Of a DNA stretch of 64,000 nt, positions 56,719 to 64,000 are shown in pieces. A program made the translations under genes and the position numbers. Position 1 is the stretch's first letter, and the number at the start of each line of letters is the position of its first letter. The DNA is taken from NCBI GenBank assembly GCA_963768855.1, contig CAVYJM010000010.1:1-64000 (forward strand). The letters run 5' to 3'. The stretch comes from an uncultured Thermoplasmata archaeon. GTDB taxonomy: Archaea > Thermoplasmatota > Thermoplasmata > RBG-16-68-12. The notes beneath the pieces are model-generated. The model was not told the origin of the DNA. It was given only the letters and a program-made list of their open reading frames with translations, and ran no database searches.

Positions 56719-58737
56719 ATGCAGGGATCCTCGTCCCCATCCCGCCATCCGCTCGATGCGGGTCTCGTCCTCTTCGTCACGACCTGGTTCACGGTCGAGG
56801 CGCTGCGCGTCTTCCTCGCGAGCGTCTATGCGATGAACGTGCTGACGGTGAGCCTGAACGCCTCGATCCTCGCCGTCCTGCTGCTCCTCGTGCCCGCCGT
56901 GTACCTCCTCGGCCTCGCGCGCGTGCGGATTCGCGTCCTCATCGTAGGCTTCGCCGCTGCCTTCCTCGGGCTCCGGCTCCTCCTCCTTGTGCCCTGGTCG
57001 GTGGAGATCCTCACCCTCGTCAGCGGATTCGCCGTCGTCTCCTACCTCCTGTTCTTCATCCCGTACGTCGCGTCGAACCTCCGCCTCGCGGGAGGCGGTG
57101 GCACCGTCGCGGCCGCCCTTGGGCTCGCCTTCGGGATGGACACCGCGCTGCGCGTCGTCGGGAACAGCCTGGATCCCGGGGCGACCATCTGGTCGGCGGC
57201 CTTCCTCGTCCCCCTGGGCGCCGTGGTCCTGTACCTGGTCTATCGCGGAGACTCGCCTCCTCCGAAGGGATCCGGCCCGGGCTGGAGCCGGACCGTCGGG
57301 CTCGCGGGCCTGGGATTCGGCGGGTTCCTGAGCCTGACGGCGATTGTCCTCCTGTATCCCGCCTTCGTGGCCCGATGGACCGCGGAAGCGTTCGCGCCGT
57401 TGCTGGCGGCGGTCCTCTTGGGATTCGGGACGGGCGCCTATCTCGCGAAGATGGGCCTGGGGCCGGGCCGGCGCGCCGCGCGCTGGTCCGGCGTCCTCCA
57501 GGGGCTCGCGCTCGTGGCCGCGGTCGACCTCGGGCTGGGCGGAGGCTTCCTGACCTTCCTGCTGATCTTCTTCGCGGCGGTCGCCTCCGTCGTCGGGCTC
57601 GAGCGCATCCTCAGCGCCCTGGCCGCGGCGCGTCCCTCCGTCCGGAGCGTCGGCTGGGTCGTGTTCCTCGGCTGCGTGGTCTTCCTCTTGGCCCTCATGG
57701 CCTTCGTGTTCACCCTGACCTACGCCTACGTCCCCGCGTCGGGGCTGTGGCGCGGGCACGCACCCGTGGTGTTCTTCCTGGCCGCCGCCTGCCTCGCCGT
57801 GCCCGCGCTGCTCCTCGGAGGCGTCTCGCCGAGCGCGGCGCCGAGCCTCGCCTCCCGCCGCTGGGTGACGGGCGCCGTGGCGGTCCTCCTGATCGTCGCC
57901 GCCGGTGGGATCGTCGCGAACCCCACCGCCGGCGTGCCCGGTGCGCCCTCCGTCGGGATCCGCGTGATGTCGTACAACGTCCACCAGGGGTTCAGCGCGA
58001 ACGGCACCCTCAACGTGCAGCGCATTGCGGACAACGTCCGGTATGTCGATCCGGACATCCTGGCCCTCGAGGAGAGCGACTCGGTCCGAATCACGTCCGG
58101 CGGTGTAGACCTCGTGAACTACCTTGCGACCAGCCTCGGATACAACGTCGCGTACGGACCGCCGACCTCCGCCCAGACGTACGGCGTCTCCATCCTCACC
58201 CATCTCCCGATCAAGGCGTGGAACTACACGCTGCTCCCGAGCCCGGGCGACAACCGCGTCGTGGTCCACGCAGTCCTCCTCGCGGGGAGCGTGGACGTCC
58301 ACGTCTTCGCGGTCCACCTGGGGCTCGACGGCACGGAACGCGACGCGCAGATTGCCGCGGTCCTCCAGCTGGCCGCTGGGTTCCCAGAACCGCGCATCCT
58401 ACTCGGCGACTTCAACGCCTGTCCTTCTGGAATCTGTCCGGAAGCGGGCGCCACCGCGGACCACGTCTACGCGGACGTCAACGCCTCATGGGACGACACA
58501 TGGAGGGAGGCGAACCCCACCACGCCGGTCGGCATGAGCTACACGTACGACTCCGTGAGCCCGTACGAGCGCATTGACTACGTCTTCGTCTCGGGTGGCG
58601 TGCACGTGACTCGTGCGGCGGTCGTGGGACAGTGCACGGTCGAGGTCCTCCCCCCGATCCAGCTCACCTGCATGTTCCCTCCGGCCCGCGACGCCTCGGA
58701 CCACCTACCGGTCATCGCGGACGTCACGTTCCCCTGA
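56719..58737 (+). CDS. Polytopic membrane protein fused to an endonuclease/exonuclease/phosphatase (EEP) domain, CWH43/PGAP2IP-like
   Basis: More than 10 TM segments, then 'MSYNVH', 'ALEESD', 'LLPSP', 'AVHL', 'LGDFN', 'RIDYVF', 'SDHLPV'. Confidence 0.8.
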   Translation: MQGSSSPSRHPLDAGLVLFVTTWFTVEALRVFLASVYAMNVLTVSLNASILAVLLLLVPAVYLLGLARVRIRVLIVGFAAAFLGLRLLLLVPWSVEILTLVSGFAVVSYLLFFIPYVASNLRLAGGGGTVAAALGLAFGMDTALRVVGNSLDPGATIWSAAFLVPLGAVVLYLVYRGDSPPPKGSGPGWSRTVGLAGLGFGGFLSLTAIVLLYPAFVARWTAEAFAPLLAAVLLGFGTGAYLAKMGLGPGRRAARWSGVLQGLALVAAVDLGLGGGFLTFLLIFFAAVASVVGLERILSALAAARPSVRSVGWVVFLGCVVFLLALMAFVFTLTYAYVPASGLWRGHAPVVFFLAAACLAVPALLLGGVSPSAAPSLASRRWVTGAVAVLLIVAAGGIVANPTAGVPGAPSVGIRVMSYNVHQGFSANGTLNVQRIADNVRYVDPDILALEESDSVRITSGGVDLVNYLATSLGYNVAYGPPTSAQTYGVSILTHLPIKAWNYTLLPSPGDNRVVVHAVLLAGSVDVHVFAVHLGLDGTERDAQIAAVLQLAAGFPEPRILLGDFNACPSGICPEAGATADHVYADVNASWDDTWREANPTTPVGMSYTYDSVSPYERIDYVFVSGGVHVTRAAVVGQCTVEVLPPIQLTCMFPPARDASDHLPVIADVTFP

Positions 58738-59169
58738 GCCGACCGGGGCTGGCTTCTTGAACGGGAGGAGGAGTCCCTTCGGATCCTGGCTGCGGATGCG
58801 GCGCACGACTCCGGGGATCTCGGTCGACGGATAGACTTCGTCGTACGCCGCTGTCGGCAGGGCGGCCACGTCCGGGTCCGAGGTGATGATGACCAGCACA
58901 ATCTCGGGTGAGTGCGTGTCGAGGAACCGCTCGAGGAGCTCCAGCCGACCTGGGTCCGCGGCTCCTCCCGAGAGCGGCTCGATCAGGAACAGGATCGCCC
59001 CACGGCGCACGACGAGGTCCGGTGTGAATTCGACGATCGCGCCATCAGACTGCTGGACGCGGAAATGGAGGGACCGGTGCTCGTGGGGCACGTTCTGCCG
59101 TCCCAGCTCCGCGCACAGGTCGCCCTCGAGCGGCGAGCGGGAGGCGTGCGAAGCCGGCGAGGGAACCAC
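58705..59169 (-). CDS. Hypothetical protein with a PD-(D/E)XK-like motif
   Basis: 'VEFTPDLVV....LFLIEP'; directly downstream of icd. Confidence 0.45.
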   Translation of the reverse strand: MVPSPASHASRSPLEGDLCAELGRQNVPHEHRSLHFRVQQSDGAIVEFTPDLVVRRGAILFLIEPLSGGAADPGRLELLERFLDTHSPEIVLVIITSDPDVAALPTAAYDEVYPSTEIPGVVRRIRSQDPKGLLLPFKKPAPVGSGERDVRDDR

Positions 59170-59170
59170 C

Positions 59171-60427
59171 TCATGCCTTCTGGAGTCGCTCCGCGATGGA
59201 CTGGGCGAAGGCGGTCGTGCTGACCTCCTTCGACCCCGGCATTTGGCGGGCGAGGTCGTACGTGACGACCTTCGCGGCAATCGTGGCCCGCACGGCCTCG
59301 CGGAGCCGCGCCGCGGCCTCTTTCCATCCGAGGTACTCGAGCATCATGACGCCCGCCAAGATTTCCGCGGTCGGGTTCACCTTGTCCATGCCCGCGTACT
59401 TCGGCGCGCTGCCATGGATGGGTTCGAACAGCCCGTGCGCGTCGCCGATGTTCGCTCCGGGGGCGACGCCGAGCCCGCCCACTTGGGCCGCGGCTGCGTC
59501 GCTGAGGTAGTCTCCGTTCAGGTTCGTCGTCGCGAGGACATCGTACTCGTCCGGGCGGAGGAGGAGCTGCTGGAACATGTTGTCCGCAATCACGTCCTTG
59601 ATGAGGACCTTGCCTTCCGGCGTCTTCCCATCATGCTTCTCCTGGACCTCCTTCCAGGTGATCGTGTCGTTCGGGAACTCGGTGCGCGCGAGCTCGTAGC
59701 CCCAGTCGCGGAACGCGCCCTCTGTGTACTTCATGATGTTCCCCTTGTGGACGAGGGTCACGGACCGCCGGTGGTTGTCGACCGCGAAGTGGATCGCCTT
59801 CCGGATGAGACGCTTGGACTCGTACTCGCTGATCGGCTTCACGCCGATCCCGCTGTCCTCGCGCACGTGGACGTTGAACTGGGTCCTCAGCGTCTCGACC
59901 ATGAGCTTCGCCTCCGGGGAGCCCTTCGCCCATTCGATGCCCGCGTAGACGTCCTCCTCGGCCTCGCGGAAGATGATGATGTCCAGCCGCTCCGGGTGCG
60001 TCACCGGGCTCGGCACGCCGGGCATCCAGTAGATGGGTCGCACGTTCGCGTAGAGGTCGAGGGTCTGGCGGAGCGTCACATTGAGCGAGCGGAAGCCGCC
60101 CCCCACCGGCGTCGTGAGGGGTCCCTTCAGCGCCACGACGTACTCCTTGATCGCGGCAAGCGTGGCCTCCGGGAGCATGTCCCCGTACCGGAACATCGCG
60201 GTCTCGCCCGCGGGGACCGGGTACCACACGATCCGCCGCCGGCCGTGGTACGTGGTCTCGACGGCGGTGTCGATGACGCTTCGGGCGGCGCGCGTCACGT
60301 CCGGGCCGATGCCGTCCCCCTCGATGAGCGGGATGATCGGATCCTCGGGGACGCGGAGGCCCGTCTCGGTGATCAGGATCTTATGCCCCTGCGAAGGGGG
60401 CGTCAGCTTGAGGGGTTCCGTCGGCAC
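59171..60427 (-). CDS. icd: Isocitrate dehydrogenase (NADP, bacterial/archaeal type)
   Basis: 'IEGDGIGPD', 'KGPLTTPVGGGFRSLNV.LRQ.LDLY', 'VHKGNIMKYTEG.F', 'NLNGDYLSD', 'HGSAPKYAG'. Confidence 0.95.
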   Translation of the reverse strand: MPTEPLKLTPPSQGHKILITETGLRVPEDPIIPLIEGDGIGPDVTRAARSVIDTAVETTYHGRRRIVWYPVPAGETAMFRYGDMLPEATLAAIKEYVVALKGPLTTPVGGGFRSLNVTLRQTLDLYANVRPIYWMPGVPSPVTHPERLDIIIFREAEEDVYAGIEWAKGSPEAKLMVETLRTQFNVHVREDSGIGVKPISEYESKRLIRKAIHFAVDNHRRSVTLVHKGNIMKYTEGAFRDWGYELARTEFPNDTITWKEVQEKHDGKTPEGKVLIKDVIADNMFQQLLLRPDEYDVLATTNLNGDYLSDAAAAQVGGLGVAPGANIGDAHGLFEPIHGSAPKYAGMDKVNPTAEILAGVMMLEYLGWKEAAARLREAVRATIAAKVVTYDLARQMPGSKEVSTTAFAQSIAERLQKA

Positions 60428-60488
60428 GTGATCGCCAGGTCCGCAAGGCGGGTTCCTTCCTTAATGCTACCGTGTGTATCGATCCGCA

Positions 60489-61655
60489 TCACGTGCGCTG
60501 GTCGATGGGCACGTACACGTTGTCCGTCGGCCCGATGTAGTAGTCGAGGGGGCGCACGAGTCGGTTGTCCTCCCAGTACTCGATGACGTGGGCCGTCCAG
60601 CCGGCGACTCTGGAAATCGCGAAGATCGGCGTGAAGAGGTCCGTGGGGATGCCGAGCAAGTGGTACGTCAGGCCGGAGTAGAAGTCGACGTTCGGGTAGA
60701 TGTGCTTCGAGGCGAGCTCCCGGACGACCGTGTCCTGGACGATCTCGGCGACCTTGAACAGATCCTCCTGTCCGCGGAGGTCGCTGAGCTGCCGCGCATA
60801 CTCCCGGAGGATGAGGGCGCGCGGGTCCCAGGTCTTGTATACGCGGTGGCCGAACCCGAAGATCTTCCCGTGGTTGCGGAGGGTGTTCTGCACATACGAC
60901 TCCGCGTTCTCCGGTTTCCCGATTGCGAGCATCGTCTTCAGGGCTGCCTCGTTCGCGCCGCCGTGGAGCGGTCCCTTCAGCGTGGCGACGGCCGCGACGA
61001 TCGTGCTGTACAGGTCGGCGAGCGTGGAGGCCGCAACGGTCGCGGCGAACGCGGACGCGTTCATGCTGTGGTCCGCGTGCAGGATCAGGGCGACGTCCAT
61101 CACCTTCGCCGACAAGCGGTCGGGCTTCCGGCCCGTGAGCATCCGGAGGAAGTCTTCCGCGATCCCGAGGCTCGGGTCCGGCGCGACGGGCCGCTTCCCC
61201 TCGCGGATCCGCTGGGCCGCCGCCACGAGGGTGGGGAACTTCCCGATCAGGCGCTGCGCCTTCCGCATGTTCGCGGCCCGCGTGGGGTCGTCCCGCTCGG
61301 CATCGAAGTTGCTCAGGTACGAGACCGCGGTGCGCAGGACGTCGATCGGCGGCGCATCCGGGGGCATGCAGCGAAGGAGCTTCACGACCTCGGGGCCGAT
61401 GCCGCGGTTCTCCGCGAACGCCTGTCTCGCCTCCCCGAGCTCCGTCTTCGTCGGCAGCCGGCCGTGGATCAGGATGTAGATGGTCTCCTCGAAGGTGGAG
61501 TGTTCCGCAAGGTCGCGGATGTCCCAGCCCCGGTACAGGAGGCGGCCCTTCACGCCGTCCACCAGGCAGATCGACGATTCCTTTACGTAGACGTCATCGA
61601 GGCCCTTCTCGATCTTCGGCTTCGCCTCGACGGTCGGCTTCTCGGTCATGTTCAC
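60489..61655 (-). CDS. gltA: Citrate (or 2-methylcitrate) synthase, type I
   Basis: 'LILHADHSMNAS', 'LKGPLHGGANE', 'GFGHRVYK..DPRA', 'PNVDFYSG', 'SRVAGW.AH'. Confidence 0.9.
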   Translation of the reverse strand: MNMTEKPTVEAKPKIEKGLDDVYVKESSICLVDGVKGRLLYRGWDIRDLAEHSTFEETIYILIHGRLPTKTELGEARQAFAENRGIGPEVVKLLRCMPPDAPPIDVLRTAVSYLSNFDAERDDPTRAANMRKAQRLIGKFPTLVAAAQRIREGKRPVAPDPSLGIAEDFLRMLTGRKPDRLSAKVMDVALILHADHSMNASAFAATVAASTLADLYSTIVAAVATLKGPLHGGANEAALKTMLAIGKPENAESYVQNTLRNHGKIFGFGHRVYKTWDPRALILREYARQLSDLRGQEDLFKVAEIVQDTVVRELASKHIYPNVDFYSGLTYHLLGIPTDLFTPIFAISRVAGWTAHVIEYWEDNRLVRPLDYYIGPTDNVYVPIDQRT

Positions 61656-61694
61656 GTCACACGCCTCCCCAACACGTGGCGGGGACCACCGGCC

Positions 61695-62192
61695 TCACGT
61701 CCCTGCGATGACGAGGTCCCCGTGGTGTTTGATGTACTCCACGAGGCCCCCCTCCTCCAGGATCCGCGCCATGACCGCCGGCAGGGGCGGGAACGTGAGG
61801 TCGATCCCTTTCGTCCGGTCATGGACGATCCCCTTCTCCAAATCAACGTCCAGGTCATCGCCCTCCGCGATCCGGTCCGTATCGACCACGATCGCGGGCA
61901 GGCCGATGTTGATGCAGTTGCGGTAGAAGATGCGGGCGAATGATTTTGCGAGGACCGCCCGCGCCCCGGCAATCTTGATGATCACGGGGGCGTGCTCCCG
62001 GGAGGATCCCTTTCCGAAGTTGCGTCCTCCGACGACGAAGTCGCCGGGCTTCACCTGTGACGCGAACTCCGGTCGGGCGTCCTCGAGGACATGCTTCGCG
62101 AGTTCGGGCAGGTTGGACCGCAGATGGTAGAACCTCCCGGCGGCGATCAGGTCCGTGGAGATGTTGTCGCCGAACTTCCAGGCGCGCCCCAT
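61695..62192 (-). CDS. LeuD/AksE-type aconitase-superfamily small subunit
   Basis: 'GRAWKFGDNISTD', 'NFGKGSSREHA', 'SFARIFYRNCINIGL'. Confidence 0.85.
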   Translation of the reverse strand: MGRAWKFGDNISTDLIAAGRFYHLRSNLPELAKHVLEDARPEFASQVKPGDFVVGGRNFGKGSSREHAPVIIKIAGARAVLAKSFARIFYRNCINIGLPAIVVDTDRIAEGDDLDVDLEKGIVHDRTKGIDLTFPPLPAVMARILEEGGLVEYIKHHGDLVIAGT

Positions 62193-63454
62193 CACTTCAC
62201 CTCCCGCGGGTCCGTGATCACGCCGCGGATCGCCGTCGCGGCCGCCGTGGCCGGAGAGGCCAGATACGTGAACGCGGCCGGGTTCCCCATGCGGCCCACG
62301 TAGTTCCGGTTCGTCGTGGACAGGACGTTCTCCCCGTCGCCGGGGACGCCCAGATGGACGCCGGGGCAGGCGCCGCATCCCGGCGAGTTGATCGTCGCGC
62401 CCGCGTCGAGGAGGATCTCGAACAGCCCTTCCTTCATCGAGCGCGTGTACGCCTCCTTGGACGCCGGGACGACGATGAGCCTCGTGCCGTTCGCGACCTT
62501 CTCCCCCTTCATGTAGTTGCAGAACACCTGGATGTCCTCGTAGCGGGCGTTCGTGCACGAGCCGAGGTAGACCTGGTGGATCTTGAGGCCCTGGACGCTC
62601 GGGTCCGTGACCGGCACGACGTTGTCCTCTTGGGGCGGCCGGGCCACCATGGGCTCCAGGTCGCCCGCGTCATACGGGTGCACGACCTCGTATGAGGCGT
62701 CCGCGTCGGCGTGGATCTCCTTCCAGTCGCCTTCGCGGCCGTGCTCGCGGAGGTAGCGCTTCGTCTCTTGGTCGGACGGCTGCGGGCCGCACTTGCCCCC
62801 GCCCTCGATGGCCATGTTGGAGAGCACCATGCGTTCGGTCATGGGCATCGCGGCCCACGCGGGTCCGCCCCACTCCATGGCCTTGTACGCGGCGCCGTCC
62901 GTCTTGATGTCTCCGAGCACGCGGAGGATCAGGTCCTTGGAGAATACGCCCGAATGGAACGCTCCGGTGACTTCGAACTTCATCGTCTCGGGCACGCGGA
63001 GCCACGTCTTTCCAAGGGCCAAGGCCACCGCGACGTCCGTGGAGCCCATCCCCGTCGCGAACGCGCCCATCGCGCCCCCCATCACGCTGTGGCTGTCCGC
63101 GCCGATGACGACATCCCAGGGGCGCACGAACTTCTCGAATGCGACCTGGTGGCAGACGCCCTGGCCGACGTCGGAGAGGACCATGCCCGTCTTCGCAGCG
63201 AACTCCCTCAGGTAGACGTGGTCCGTCGCCAGCTCCCGCCGCGGCGGAGGGCTCGAATGGTCGATGAACACGACGGACCGCTCGGGGTTCGCGGCCTTCA
63301 CGAGGTTCATCTGTTCCATCATGCGGAACGTGAGGGGTCCGGTCCCGTCCTGCACGTACGCGAGATCGACCTTGGCGATCGTGATGTCCCCCGCGTGAAC
63401 GGGATGGCCTGAGGCGCGGGAGAGTACCTTCTCGACAATCGTTTGCCCCGGCAT
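62192..63454 (-). CDS. LeuC/AksD-type aconitase-superfamily large subunit
   Basis: 'IDH', 'GVCHQ', 'GADSH', 'LGSCTNAR', 'PGCGACPG', 'STTNRNY.GRMG', 'YLASP'. Confidence 0.88.
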   Translation of the reverse strand: MPGQTIVEKVLSRASGHPVHAGDITIAKVDLAYVQDGTGPLTFRMMEQMNLVKAANPERSVVFIDHSSPPPRRELATDHVYLREFAAKTGMVLSDVGQGVCHQVAFEKFVRPWDVVIGADSHSVMGGAMGAFATGMGSTDVAVALALGKTWLRVPETMKFEVTGAFHSGVFSKDLILRVLGDIKTDGAAYKAMEWGGPAWAAMPMTERMVLSNMAIEGGGKCGPQPSDQETKRYLREHGREGDWKEIHADADASYEVVHPYDAGDLEPMVARPPQEDNVVPVTDPSVQGLKIHQVYLGSCTNARYEDIQVFCNYMKGEKVANGTRLIVVPASKEAYTRSMKEGLFEILLDAGATINSPGCGACPGVHLGVPGDGENVLSTTNRNYVGRMGNPAAFTYLASPATAAATAIRGVITDPREVK

Positions 63455-63560
63455 GCCTTCCACCGTCTTGTGGTGACCTCGCTAAAGCTCCCTGTGCTAT
63501 TAAAAGTGCGGGGTGATGCCCTGCGAACTCGATTCGCGACCGCGCGGATTTCGGCGCGGC

Positions 63561-64000
63561 TCACAGTCTCAACGCGAGGGGCACGAGCGCGTCGGCCATC
63601 ATGGCGACGAGGATCAGGGCGAGGTAGATGCCGGAGAACTTGTACCCCGCCCACGCCCGCTCCTGGGTGGGGTCGCGCAGGAACCGGATCGTCAGGTACA
63701 GAAGGATTGCGCCCAGCGCGACGGCGACGACGAGGTACCCGTCGTGGAACGCATCCGTGAAGAAGAAGGCGATGCTCGCGATCGCGACGATCGCGGACGA
63801 GAGGCCGATGGCCCGGGCTGACGTGGCGGCGTCCTTCACCGCCGGCAGCATCGGAAGTCCGGCGCGCCGGTAGTCCTCCCGGTTGCGGAAGGCCAGCGCC
63901 CAGAAATGACCTGGAGTCCAGAGGAACACGAGGAGGGCGATGAGCGCCGCGGGCAGGCTGATCGCGTTTGCGGCCGCGGCGGATCCGGCGAGGGCCGGGC
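63561..64000 (-). CDS. cyoE: Protoheme IX farnesyltransferase (heme O synthase), 3' part; runs off the window end
   Basis: 'FLWTPGHFWALA....EDY..AGLPMLP', 'YKFS..YL'. Confidence 0.85.
   Translation of the reverse strand, partial: PALAGSAAAANAISLPAALIALLVFLWTPGHFWALAFRNREDYRRAGLPMLPAVKDAATSARAIGLSSAIVAIASIAFFFTDAFHDGYLVVAVALGAILLYLTIRFLRDPTQERAWAGYKFSGIYLALILVAMMADALVPLALRL

Noticed and set aside
61695-63454. Assigning the symbols leuC/leuD
   Set aside because: The family is clear but the TCA context argues against assuming leucine biosynthesis, so symbols were left blank.
1-64000. Many long antisense or alternate-frame ORFs in the track (e.g. 2487-4196 -, 20626-22947 -, 44597-46084 -, 47190-49496 -, 56649-58577 +)
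   Set aside because: Arg/Pro/Gly-rich shadow frames expected in high-GC DNA; each overlaps a well-supported gene and has no family motifs.
1-64000. CRISPR arrays, tRNA and rRNA genes
   Set aside because: No regularly spaced repeats, cloverleaf/T-loop signatures or rRNA-like sequence seen by eye.

Overview
High-GC archaeal chromosomal DNA, most likely from an uncultured Thermoplasmata-type lineage (carS, egsA, archaeal SepF, PolB2, UPF0179, PUA-domain and DUF61-like genes; archaeal TATA-like promoters). About 70 CDSs; I found no rRNA, tRNA or CRISPR array. Contents in order: a DNA-repair cluster at 1-10.8 kb (nurA-herA, a Walker-A-less RadA/RecA paralog, small helical partner plus PolB2, xseAB); pyrE and carS; three paralogous single-domain KaiC-like ATPases; sepF; egsA; scattered Moco genes (moeA, moaB, moaC, moaD, moaE); an accessory block with visibly more A/T at about 28.2-34.9 kb; hflX; gcvT; an intein-containing class II RNR; gdhA; etfBA; a membrane Fe-S oxidoreductase; and an icd-citrate synthase-LeuCD-like operon. 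The most striking unexplained signal is a 22-bp palindrome (core AACCTT-N4-AAGGTT) found four times, always in promoter regions: before the PolB2 operon, moaB-moeA, a 78-aa putative DNA-binding ORF plus moaDE, and a pterin dehydratase. It is a candidate operator of an undescribed regulon, or less likely a recombination site. Two genes (polB2, nrdJ) carry single-base frameshifts that may be sequencing errors. Family calls come from recalled motifs, not database searches.
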